Shown here piece by piece: positions 16,653 through 25,894 of a DNA stretch of 50,592 bases (position 1 is the stretch's first letter; the number at the start of each line of letters is the position of its first letter). The notes below the pieces were generated by a model. It searched no databases and had not been told where the DNA came from. It was given only the letters and a program-made list of their open reading frames with translations. Position numbers and translations under genes: made by a program. The stretch is from Gemmatimonadales bacterium. GTDB lineage: Bacteria > Gemmatimonadota > Gemmatimonadetes > Gemmatimonadales > GWC2-71-9. Where the stretch lies: contig JBOHSB010000316.1 of NCBI GenBank assembly GCA_050733015.1, forward strand, positions 1 to 50,592. Reading direction: 5' to 3'.

Positions 16653-17607
16653 TTCCCAGCTTCGTGACGCGTTCCTCGAGCTTCTTCAATCGCCAGTCCA
16701 CCCCCTCGAGCAGTGATCGGTTCACCGCCAGCAAGTCCGCCAGCAACCCGACCACACCGAGGGACAGGCCCATGCCCATGAGCATCGCCGCAAGGATCAG
16801 GGATTGGACGTGTCCTCCCGCCCCCTCCCCGGTCACGAAGTCGTATAGGAATCGCAGGCCGATCAGGAATCCCATCGTGAACAGCAACACGCCCCAGAAT
16901 GCAAAGAAGCGAAACGGACGGTAGACCACGAAGACTCTCAACATCACGAGCACCTGGAGGGCCACGTAGCTCCCGAGGCCCTTCACCAGGCGCGAGGGTC
17001 GGAGCTCGGGATTGGTTCCGATCGGGACCGAAGCCACGGCCATTCCGTTCTGTCCCGCCTGGATGATGGTCTCGAGCGTATAGGTATGCTTGTTGAACAC
17101 GTGGAGGCGGAGCGCCGCTTCCCGGCTGAAGGCGCGGAAGCCACTCGGCGCGTCTTCGACGCTCGTGTTGCTGACGAAGCGGGTCACCCTGCTGCCGAGG
17201 CGCTGGAGGTAGCGCTTCACGGGAGAGAAGTTCATCGATTCGATAGGCCGAGTGCCGACGACGAGCTCAGCGTGGCCGGCTAGAATCGGCGCGATCAGGC
17301 GGGGAATGTCCTCGCCACGGTACTGATGGTCTGCGTCGGTGTTGACGATGATGTCGGCGCCGCGTTGGAGAGCCGCCTCCAGTCCCGCCATGAAGGCCCG
17401 CGCAAGACCGAGGTGGCGTGGAAAGCTCTCAACATGGTGCGCGCCGCACGCACGGGCCACCGAAGCTGTGTCGTCGCTGCTCCCATCGTCGATCACCACA
17501 ATCTCGATGGAATCAATGCCCGGCACCGCGCGCGGAAGGTCGGCAAGAACGATCGGCAACGTTTCGGCTTCGTTGAAGCAGGGGATCTGGATCACGAGCT
17601 TAGGCAT
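16630..17607 (-). CDS. Family-2 glycosyltransferase with C-terminal membrane anchor (polyprenyl-phosphate sugar synthase type)
   Basis: VIQIPCFNEAETL, IVVIDDGSSDDT and NTDADHQY (DxD), with two C-terminal hydrophobic helices. ATG at 17607. Confidence 0.9.
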   Translation of the reverse strand: MPKLVIQIPCFNEAETLPIVLADLPRAVPGIDSIEIVVIDDGSSDDTASVARACGAHHVESFPRHLGLARAFMAGLEAALQRGADIIVNTDADHQYRGEDIPRLIAPILAGHAELVVGTRPIESMNFSPVKRYLQRLGSRVTRFVSNTSVEDAPSGFRAFSREAALRLHVFNKHTYTLETIIQAGQNGMAVASVPIGTNPELRPSRLVKGLGSYVALQVLVMLRVFVVYRPFRFFAFWGVLLFTMGFLIGLRFLYDFVTGEGAGGHVQSLILAAMLMGMGLSLGVVGLLADLLAVNRSLLEGVDWRLKKLEERVTKLGNGRAGGS

Positions 17608-17881
17608 GTGCGCGACCCCCCGGCGAATGCCGTTGCAGCGACGCATCGACTGGTGTGAGCGGTCCTCTCAAAACTAGTGCCGGAGCTTCCTCAAACAAGC
17701 GCAAAGCAGTGCATCGGAATGCCAGATGTCGGGTCGTAACGTCCGAGCCGTAGCCCCTTACCGGGGCGTGCTGGTTGTCCACCCGACGCCGGCCGGACCC
17801 CTTGTGCAATTCCTTGGCCAGAGGGCCGCTTGTGGCTTGACTGGATGTGCCGTGAGAACGCTGGCCGCGTCGAGGGCTTGG

Positions 17882-19948
17882 CTAACGTGCCTGGGCTTCT
17901 TGGACGGGACCACGAAAGCGGTACAGGCTGAGAGCGGTATCGGCATACATCAGCGTGAGGCACTGGGCCGCGAACCGCGTGAACGATTCCCACTTGATTA
18001 CTTCAGGCGGCACCCCTCGCTTCAAATAGCGCTTCGCATAGCCCTCTCCTGCGACAATGTGGGTGATGCTCGAAGCGTGTGGGCATCCTTGCTGGGGGAG
18101 CCTCGAGGCAAGCAACGGCCAGTTCGTCAGGTGAATGTCCTCGATCACCGAGGTCGGAAAGTAAAATCCGCGCGCCTCGAAGAGCATGAGCGTCCGGCTA
18201 TCGGAAGGGAGGCCACCCTCCGAGAATTCAACGAGGCGTTCATGCTGGCGCACATCGAAGCTGCCGTACGTCCGCAGGTAGGCCCTTGCGGAGGTCACGC
18301 CGATCAGGTGACCCAGGGGATGTGCCACGAGCATCATGACGGACATCGCGATCAGGGCCGGAAGCACGCAGCCAATCACCAGGAATCCGCGGGTGAGCCA
18401 CTGAAGTAGGCGTGGGGCAGTCGTCGAGAATTGCACGGCGACGCCCGTGGAGACGATGGTCAGCGGCACTATGCCCGGAATGAGGTAGCGAAGGTTGGTC
18501 TCGGGCGAGATACTGATGAGCGCGACGAGATAGATGAGCGCAGGCCCGGCCAAGGCGAGCAGCACGCGGTCACGCCATCTGAGGAACCACAATGGCAGCA
18601 GAAGAAGTACCGGTGACAGCCAGTAAAGCCGCCCCTCACCCTCGATCGTCACCTTGACCGGCGAGAAGAAGGCGTCGACCAGGTTGAAGGGTGCACGGGC
18701 CAATCGGCCTATCTGGTAAATGCGGGGATCGATCATCCCTGTTGCTGTAGCGCTCGCCGGAAATGAGGCCAGCCAGCCATCTGCGGGCGTCTGAGGCGAC
18801 AGGAACGGATAGAAAGGTGCGTGAAACAGCAGCCCGTTCTTCAGCAGCCAAGGGCTGGCACTCACGGCCGCGAGGGCACCGAAACGGGCGAGGGCCGCCC
18901 ATATGTTGCTTCCGAGGTTCGCATTGCGCCTGCAGATGAGAACAACCAACGGAAGGAGCGCCACGGCGTAGAGCCCGCCATGATACTTCACGCCGAAGGC
19001 CAGGCCAATGAATACGGCACCAATGTCGAGCCATGGCCCGCCGGTGCGATCCGTCCAGGCCAATAGCAGCGCGTAGTGCGCAAGGAGTGTGAAGAGGGTG
19101 ACCGTGATATCCACCCGAGCCGTGATCGCGACGAGAATGATCGCGGGGGAGCCCCAGAGCGTCACCAGGATGTAATTGCGCGTCGGCGGCGGCCAAAAAC
19201 GGGCACAGATCGCAAAGGCCGACAGCGCGAGGATGACGGCCAGGGCAGCGCTGAGGACGGCCGGGGTGGCCGAGCTTCCCATGGCGAGGAATGGCAGATA
19301 TACCATCTGGGCCACACCGATCAACGCCGCCTGATCGTTCCCATCGGGCACGAATATCCGGCCCTCGAGCAGCCATTGCTTGGGGACCTGCAGGTGGTAC
19401 ATCAGCGAGTCCCAGTCGCTTGGCGGAACCAGGGCCATCGAGATCAGGAACGCTGTCACCAGGAGCAGCCAGACCATGGCATGCCGCGATCGCCCGCGAC
19501 CGGCCAGCTGCCTGAAACTCCCCGGGACTTTCACCACGCGGGCGACGACGATCGGTACGTGCCGGCGACACGCTGCCGCCAGCGTCACGATGGTCAGTGC
19601 CAGAACCCAACGGTGAACCCCGAGCGCGGCGGCGGCGCCGAGGATGGCGGTCGCGGTGATGCCGATCCCGATCGCCAGGCCGAAGATCAGTCCCTCGAGA
19701 GGTCGTTCCTGGTCTCTCGTGATCGAGCCGAGGAATGGATTGCCGACGGCGGCGCACAGAACGAGCATCGCCAGTGCGGCCGCGAGGTCGACCGCGTGGC
19801 CGGCAACCAGGATGGCTCCTGTCGTATCTCCGGTGCGGACGCCGAGGAGGGCGATCGGCGAAGCCAGCGCGACGAGCAGAAGCGAGCACGCAAGGAGATT
19901 TTTCGCTTCGAGACGGGCTGGGCGTGCTGGGGAACTTCGGTGGGTCAA
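17882..19948 (-). CDS. GT-C-type polytopic membrane glycosyltransferase (PMT/ArnT-like)
   Basis: More than 10 hydrophobic helices. First-loop acidic motif PPSDWDSLMYHL. Soluble C-terminal domain. The proposed TTG start at 19948 overlaps the relic ORF stop (TTGA). The track start at 20080 (GTG) would add an Arg/Pro-rich tail that overlaps the relic. Confidence 0.7.
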   Translation of the reverse strand: MTHRSSPARPARLEAKNLLACSLLLVALASPIALLGVRTGDTTGAILVAGHAVDLAAALAMLVLCAAVGNPFLGSITRDQERPLEGLIFGLAIGIGITATAILGAAAALGVHRWVLALTIVTLAAACRRHVPIVVARVVKVPGSFRQLAGRGRSRHAMVWLLLVTAFLISMALVPPSDWDSLMYHLQVPKQWLLEGRIFVPDGNDQAALIGVAQMVYLPFLAMGSSATPAVLSAALAVILALSAFAICARFWPPPTRNYILVTLWGSPAIILVAITARVDITVTLFTLLAHYALLLAWTDRTGGPWLDIGAVFIGLAFGVKYHGGLYAVALLPLVVLICRRNANLGSNIWAALARFGALAAVSASPWLLKNGLLFHAPFYPFLSPQTPADGWLASFPASATATGMIDPRIYQIGRLARAPFNLVDAFFSPVKVTIEGEGRLYWLSPVLLLLPLWFLRWRDRVLLALAGPALIYLVALISISPETNLRYLIPGIVPLTIVSTGVAVQFSTTAPRLLQWLTRGFLVIGCVLPALIAMSVMMLVAHPLGHLIGVTSARAYLRTYGSFDVRQHERLVEFSEGGLPSDSRTLMLFEARGFYFPTSVIEDIHLTNWPLLASRLPQQGCPHASSITHIVAGEGYAKRYLKRGVPPEVIKWESFTRFAAQCLTLMYADTALSLYRFRGPVQEAQAR

Positions 19949-20121
19949 GTGTTTCCGCGGCGCATGCCGCTCCCCACCTGCTTCAACCTCCGGCGAAAGA
20001 GGCCCAGGGTCATGAGCAGAGCAGCGAGAATCCGTGATTGCACGTGACCGGTTCCCCCGGCGAGGACGTGCGGGAGGCACTCGTCCTCGTCATAGCAAGG
20101 AATCTGGATGATTACCTTTGT
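19945..20121 (-). pseudogene. Internally deleted GT2 relic upstream of the GT-C gene
   Basis: KVIIQIPCYDEDECLPHVLAG matches the N-terminus of the 17607 GT2. GTGHVQSRILAALLMTLGL matches its C-terminal anchor GAGGHVQSLILAAMLMGMGL. The catalytic core is absent. Confidence 0.55.
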
Positions 20122-20313
20122 CACAGATGGGTAGGCGCGGCGGGGCGCCAGGTGGATACTGTATGATGGCATGTGCGGTGGCAAGGGCGGCGGCGATGCC
20201 ACCCGGCACGGTGTGACGGCCGTATACTTCGTAGGCACGTGGGCTTAAGCGTCGGCCACTACTCCTATCACACACGCAGGGTCATGACACCCTAGGGCTC
20301 CAGGGAGGCAGCA

Positions 20314-20469
20314 TTGAGGCTGACCGAACGGCGAGGATTCATTCGCGGCATCGGAGTCGTGATCCTCATCGGGCTCTGCATCCTAGTCGTGTACTACCTG
20401 GCCCGCGGTGATGCAGCGACGATGGTGGCGGCGTTTCTCCGTCGCGTGCATGCCATGGGCCAACCGTAA
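20314..20469 (+). CDS. Candidate 51-aa single-pass membrane peptide (below the track's size cutoff)
   Basis: TTG at 20314 lies 5 nt after agggagg. Product (M)RLTERRGFIRGIGVVILIGLCILVVYYLARGDAATMVAAFLRRVHAMGQP: basic N-terminus, one TM helix, TAA at 20467-20469. Confidence 0.3.
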   Translation: MRLTERRGFIRGIGVVILIGLCILVVYYLARGDAATMVAAFLRRVHAMGQP

Positions 20470-20716
20470 AGATTTGGTCTATGGACAGCTGCGCTCGGCG
20501 ATCTGGGTGACGCCTGGAGCCTGAATCGGTAGACCCGCCGCATCCCGCATCGATGGCGTCCAGCACTACCACATACCCCTCCCCAGTAGGCGCCTCTCCT
20601 GCCAGCTTCCCACCGCCCGTCGGGATTGGCGCCCGGACTAGATTGTCACAAGGTGAGGAATTCCTGGTTGGACTGAAGAACGGTCGATACACGTCGAGGC
20701 GGCGCTCAGCTTGTCG

Positions 20717-22948
20717 ATGAACGAATCCCGGCCACCATCCGGCCCGTCAGGCTGGCTTCCTAGAGTGGTCTTTGGCGTGACGGCATTTCTCAGTGCCTCA
20801 CTCCTCTTCAGCGTCGAGCCGATGTTTACCAAGCTGGTGCTGCCGATCCTCGGCGGCAGCTCGGCCGTGTGGACGTGCTGCATTCTCTTCTTTCAAGTCG
20901 CGCTGCTGGTCGGCTATTTCTACGCCGACCGAGCTCCCCGGCTCCTCGGCGCAGCCCACATCCCGGTGCATTGTGTACTTGTAGCGCTGTCGCTTCTCGC
21001 CTTGCCCCTGAGCTTGACGCTCCCTACGCGTCCGAGCACCGCCGAACATCCAGTGCTCTGGCTCCTGATCGTGCTGACAGTGTCTCTGGGGCTGCCCTTC
21101 GTCATGCTCTCCAGCTCGGGTCCGCTCCTGCAGCAGTGGCACAGTCGCGGCCACTTCGCGCCCGGACAGGACTCGTACGGTCTCTACGCGGCTAGCAACG
21201 CCGGAAGCTTGCTAGCGCTCCTGTCCTACCCTGTTATCGTCGAGCCGGCCCTCCAACTCTCCCAGCAGCGGCTGTGGTGGAGCGTCGGCTATGTCGTCTA
21301 CTTCGTTGTCCTGCTCGGCTGTGCGTTGCTCTCCCAAAAGTCCACCGCGGGCAGAACGAGGGCGGCGCCGGCGACCGCGGGCCGCGTGACTCCGAGCGAG
21401 CGAGTTCTGTGGATCGTCCTGTCGCTCGTCCCGTCGAGCCTGTTCCTCGCGCTGACCACCTATCTGACCACGGACATCGCACCCGTTCCGCTGCTTTGGA
21501 TCCTGCCGCTCGCACTCTACCTGCTCTCGTTCATTCTGGTCTTCGTACGGCGCCCGCCTCTGGCGCATGCGGCGATGGTACGCTTGCAGGCCTCGCTGAT
21601 CGTGCTGCTCGCGGTGCTCATCTTTTGGGGCTCCAGCGTTGAGGTCGTCCAGGCCCTGCCGTTTCATGTCGTGGGGTTTTTCGTCACGGCCATGGTCTGC
21701 CACGGCGAATTGGCCAGACGACGGCCCGACGCCTCTCATCTCACCGAGTACTATCTCTGGATCGCGGTGGGCGGGGCGCTCGGCGGCGTGTTCAACGTCC
21801 TCGTCGCGCCGCGCATCTTCAACACGGTGCTCGAGTACCCGGTGATGCTGGTGCTGGCGGCGGCGCTACGCCCGCGCATGCTCCCCGCGGTTCCGAGACG
21901 ACCGATCCAGGGCCTCGTGTTCGTCGTGCTGGTGGTGGGAGTCCTGGCGGCAGCGCGACTGGTCCTCGCCTCGCCCGACATGGGGGGGGCACCTGTGAGT
22001 ACTCCATGGCTAGCGGTCCTCGCCGTCGCCGCCTCATTGCCGGCTGCCGTAGTCGTCTACCGGCTCGCGAATGCCCCTATCTCGTTCGCCCTGGGACTCG
22101 CAGCTGTGCTCGTGGTGGGAAAGGCGCTGGCGGGTCGGGGTTCAGAGTTGGTGTTCACAAGACGGAATTTCTTCGGCGTGCATCAGATCCGCGACGACCG
22201 GGCGTCACGGATCAGATACCTGCTACACGGTTCCACCATTCACGGAGCCCAGGCGCTGACCGACACCGCCGACCCCGAGCCCCTGAGCTACTACAGCCGA
22301 GAAGGCCCCGTGGGGGACCTCTTCCGGGAGGTACCTTCTCCACCGGGGCGTCGGGTTGGCCTTATCGGGGTCGGCACCGGGGCCATGGCTGCCTACGCCG
22401 GCCCCGGGGAGGAGTGGACCGGGTACGAGATCGATCCGCTGGTGGTGGCCATCGCCCGCAATCCGCGACTGTTCACCTTCCTGAGTCGTTCGAGAACCCC
22501 CGTGCAGATCGTCCTTGGTGATGGCAGGCTCTCGTTGGCGGAAGCCCCCAACCATCGCTTCGACCTTCTCGTCCTCGATGCCTTCAATTCGGATGCGATT
22601 CCGGTCCACCTGCTCACCCGCGAGGCGATGCGGATTTACCTTGCCAAGTTGGCTCCCAAGGGTGTGCTCGCGGTTCACCTCAGCAATCGCTATCTCCGAC
22701 TGGACGCCGTGCTGGGCAACCTCGTGGCCGATGCCGGCCTGGTCGCTCGTTTGCGGCGAGCCGTGCCTACGGCAAAGGAGGCGGGGGAGGCGAAATCCCC
22801 GTCGATGTGGGCGGTGGTAGCACGGAGTGAAGCAGACTTCGGGAGGCTCGCGGAGGATGGTCAATGGCAGAACCTGTCCACCAATCCGAATGCAGGGGTG
22901 TGGACCGACGACTATTCGGACATCTTCCGCGTGCTCTCCATTCAATAG
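20717..22948 (+). CDS. Fused polytopic membrane domain / spermidine-synthase-like protein
   Basis: N-terminal roughly 450 aa with many hydrophobic helices. C-terminal Rossmann blocks RRVGLIGVGTGAMAAY, YEIDPLVV and FDLLVLDAFNSD. The first ATG is at 20717; the track start at 20711 is TTG. Confidence 0.85.
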   Translation: MNESRPPSGPSGWLPRVVFGVTAFLSASLLFSVEPMFTKLVLPILGGSSAVWTCCILFFQVALLVGYFYADRAPRLLGAAHIPVHCVLVALSLLALPLSLTLPTRPSTAEHPVLWLLIVLTVSLGLPFVMLSSSGPLLQQWHSRGHFAPGQDSYGLYAASNAGSLLALLSYPVIVEPALQLSQQRLWWSVGYVVYFVVLLGCALLSQKSTAGRTRAAPATAGRVTPSERVLWIVLSLVPSSLFLALTTYLTTDIAPVPLLWILPLALYLLSFILVFVRRPPLAHAAMVRLQASLIVLLAVLIFWGSSVEVVQALPFHVVGFFVTAMVCHGELARRRPDASHLTEYYLWIAVGGALGGVFNVLVAPRIFNTVLEYPVMLVLAAALRPRMLPAVPRRPIQGLVFVVLVVGVLAAARLVLASPDMGGAPVSTPWLAVLAVAASLPAAVVVYRLANAPISFALGLAAVLVVGKALAGRGSELVFTRRNFFGVHQIRDDRASRIRYLLHGSTIHGAQALTDTADPEPLSYYSREGPVGDLFREVPSPPGRRVGLIGVGTGAMAAYAGPGEEWTGYEIDPLVVAIARNPRLFTFLSRSRTPVQIVLGDGRLSLAEAPNHRFDLLVLDAFNSDAIPVHLLTREAMRIYLAKLAPKGVLAVHLSNRYLRLDAVLGNLVADAGLVARLRRAVPTAKEAGEAKSPSMWAVVARSEADFGRLAEDGQWQNLSTNPNAGVWTDDYSDIFRVLSIQ

Positions 22949-23102
22949 TCTTAGGAATCGAAGCCCAGAACCGCTCGGCGTCTGACTCAGCTGTACCAAG
23001 CTTTGTGGACCTTGCTAACTTCCGAGCGACGAAGGGGTTCAGCGACGACTGTCATGGCGTCCTGGACTCGAGGTCCGGACCGGCGGCCATGCGCCGCCTG
23101 CC

Positions 23103-24128
23103 ATGGGAGCACTCATGCGCGTCAGCCCGTCGGCAAGCACCGCTCGATTTGCGCTGAATGCCGGCAGGCGCCTCATGGTCGCGATTGCCCTGGGCTGCTT
23201 TTCCGCTGCCGTCGTCTTCGCAGGGCGGCAGCCTGGCCTCTATCGCTCCGACCTGGATCAGACCTGGGCCGCAGGTCGAGCACTCCTCCATGGCGACGAT
23301 CCCTATCGAGCCATGAGCGAGGCGCATCAAGCTGGTCTGTTTCCTTATCCCTTGGTATATCCGGCACCCGCAGTGCTCGTGGCGGTTCCCTTTGCCCTCC
23401 TTCCGCTCCCGGTCGCTCAATGGTTGTGGGTTGGAATCGGCACGGCCGCCCTTGCCTGGGTGTTGTCCGGCCGAGGGTGGTGGGGTCTTCTGGGTCTCGG
23501 CTCGGCCTATTACATCCAGGCGCTCCTCACCGTGCAGTGGTCGCCGCTCCTGACGGCGGCAGCGGGGCTGCCCGCGCTGGGACTGCTGTGGGCGGCGAAG
23601 CCGACGATCGGCGCGGCGCTGTTCGCGGGGTGGCCCTCCCGCACCGCCCTCGTCGGCGCGGCGGTCCTGGTGGCCTTGTCCTTCGTGGTGATGCCGGGCT
23701 GGGTCCGTCCGTTCCTGGCGGCCAGCTCCGCGCTCCCGCACACGACGCCACTGCTGATGCGCCCCGGTGGGGTGCTGCTCCTGCTCAGCCTCCTGCGGTG
23801 GCGGCGCCCGGAGGCACGCATGCTCGCCGTCCTTGCGGTCGTACCGCAAACCTCGCTGCTGTACGAAATGGTCCCTTTACTGCTGATTCCGCGCAATAGT
23901 CGACAGATGGCCCTGATTGTCGGCCTTTCGATTGTGGCTGGCGTCTTCGCGTGGCATACAGACCCCAGCCACAGGCTCTCGGAAGCCGTTCAAACCCTGT
24001 GGCTGCCAAGTCTCGCGCTCTGCTACTTGCCATGTCTGTTCCTCGTGTTGCGACGCGCAAATACGTCGCTGGGCGAAAACGCTCAGCCTGCCATCCTGGG
24101 TGGTACTGTCCTTGCCAACCACGAGTAG
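23103..24128 (+). CDS. GT87/DUF2029-like polytopic membrane protein
   Basis: First-loop motif RSDLDQTWAAGRALLHGDDPY, followed by about 9 hydrophobic helices. 341 aa. Confidence 0.55.
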   Translation: MGALMRVSPSASTARFALNAGRRLMVAIALGCFSAAVVFAGRQPGLYRSDLDQTWAAGRALLHGDDPYRAMSEAHQAGLFPYPLVYPAPAVLVAVPFALLPLPVAQWLWVGIGTAALAWVLSGRGWWGLLGLGSAYYIQALLTVQWSPLLTAAAGLPALGLLWAAKPTIGAALFAGWPSRTALVGAAVLVALSFVVMPGWVRPFLAASSALPHTTPLLMRPGGVLLLLSLLRWRRPEARMLAVLAVVPQTSLLYEMVPLLLIPRNSRQMALIVGLSIVAGVFAWHTDPSHRLSEAVQTLWLPSLALCYLPCLFLVLRRANTSLGENAQPAILGGTVLANHE

Positions 24129-24217
24129 CTTCCCGTGGACTTGCGCCAAAGCCGTAACTTGGCGGGCGAATTGAGCTGTCCCATCCGTGCCGGCCGCCTC
24201 CGCTTACCTGTGGATCC

Positions 24218-25741
24218 GTGACGACATTCCGCTTCAGGCCGAGTCTCCTCGAACACCCGGCGATGCTGTACCTCGTGACCGGGCTGATCGCCGTCCGCGG
24301 CGCGGTGCTCATCGTCGCGGCCTGGCCGTTCACGGTCGACGATGCCTACATCACTCTCCGCTATGCGAAGCACCTGGCGGGAGGGCAGGGGATAGTCTGG
24401 AATCTGGGCGAACATCCGCCGGTCGAGGGCTACTCCAACTTTCTCTACGTGCTGCTCGGTGCGGTCTCGTACCGGATCGGCCTCGACCCGATCGCCGTCT
24501 ACAAGGGGCTCGGAGTCGTGGCGCTGGCGGTCAGTGTCTGGTTGATGCACCGCATGGCTCGAGCATGGGTGGGGCCGCTTCCGGCGCTGGCACCGGCCAT
24601 CCTCTTCACCAGCTTCTTCGGCCCGTCGTGGTGGGCGGTCAGCGGCCTGGAGACGCTCTCCTATGTCGCCCTGGTCCTCGCCGCCGTCGCGGCGGCTTTC
24701 ACCGGGTTGGGCTTCCAGGCATGGCCGGCTACCGGGCGTGCCGACCACCGTGATGCCTGGTTTGCGTGTTCGGGGGCATTGGTCGCTCTTGCGGCGATGA
24801 CCCATCCCGAGGGTCCCGTGGTCGGCGCCGCCATCGCGGCGGGGATTCTCGTCGGCACCCGCTCGACCCGCTCGGTCGCGGTCTTCGTGGCGGCCGCGGC
24901 GCTTCCGTACGGGATCTATTTTCTGTGGCGGTGGTCGTACTTCCAGAGGCTGCTGCCGAATCCGGTGTATTGCAAAGGAGGGTTCGAAGGATATCCGCTG
25001 GGGCTGGTGGAGGACCTCGCGGTCCATGCCGCCCCGCTGATGCTGATGATGGCATTCGCCGGCTGGCGAAGGATGGACGCGAGGCACCTCGTCGCCATTG
25101 TGCTGGTGCTCGTCTACCTCTGTCTGCTGGTCGGCGTGGACCCTATTCTGACTCAGGGCTCTCGCCACGCGCTGGCGCCGCTTGCCGTCCTGCTGGCGGT
25201 CGCATGCGGGACCATCCTCGCTCGATTCTCGCCCGCAGCGGGCTCGGGTGTGACGGTTCTCGCCTTCTGTCTCTCGACCGTGCTGATGCTGGGCCTCCCT
25301 GGCGAGCTCCGGGACAAGGGACTGTCCTACGCCCGTCGGACCGAGGCGCGCCTGGGTATCGGCCGATGGATCGACCGCACGACATCCGCGAACGAGAGCT
25401 ATGTGATGGGAGACGCTGGAGCCGTAACCGCGGCAACCGAACGCCGTATGATCGACGCATATTGCCTGAACGCCGGTGTCATGACCCTTCCCCCCATCAA
25501 CCGCTCCGGCGCCCGCTACGCCGGGTGGATTCTCGAGCAGCGGCCCGGCGTCATCGTCGTGCCGAGCTACTCCCCCGACTCCTTGGCGGTGCACGGCTAC
25601 ATGGGTGTCTTTCCGGCGCTTGTGCAGGACAACACATTTCTCGCGCGATACCGGCACGTCCAGACGGTAAACGTCCCGGGCACGATCTTCCACTACTGGA
25701 TCTACGTCAGGGGCCAGACTGCGCCCGCAGCAAAGCCTTGA
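24218..25741 (+). CDS. GT-C-like polytopic membrane glycosyltransferase (DDxY first-loop motif)
   Basis: GTG start. [40 protein letters not shown] lies after TM1. About 12 helices and a soluble C-terminal domain. Confidence 0.65.
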   Translation: MTTFRFRPSLLEHPAMLYLVTGLIAVRGAVLIVAAWPFTVDDAYITLRYAKHLAGGQGIVWNLGEHPPVEGYSNFLYVLLGAVSYRIGLDPIAVYKGLGVVALAVSVWLMHRMARAWVGPLPALAPAILFTSFFGPSWWAVSGLETLSYVALVLAAVAAAFTGLGFQAWPATGRADHRDAWFACSGALVALAAMTHPEGPVVGAAIAAGILVGTRSTRSVAVFVAAAALPYGIYFLWRWSYFQRLLPNPVYCKGGFEGYPLGLVEDLAVHAAPLMLMMAFAGWRRMDARHLVAIVLVLVYLCLLVGVDPILTQGSRHALAPLAVLLAVACGTILARFSPAAGSGVTVLAFCLSTVLMLGLPGELRDKGLSYARRTEARLGIGRWIDRTTSANESYVMGDAGAVTAATERRMIDAYCLNAGVMTLPPINRSGARYAGWILEQRPGVIVVPSYSPDSLAVHGYMGVFPALVQDNTFLARYRHVQTVNVPGTIFHYWIYVRGQTAPAAKP

Positions 25742-25894
25742 TTGCTTTCCGCCTGGGGTCCTGGCCGCGACTTGCCTCAGCAGCGCGGCTAATCCTGGCT
25801 CCCATACCCAAGTTACATTATTGGGACTGCAAAAGGACTGACTCAGGGAGCGGGAGCCGGTGGCCCACGTCGCCTCGAAGGGGACCACGACCAG

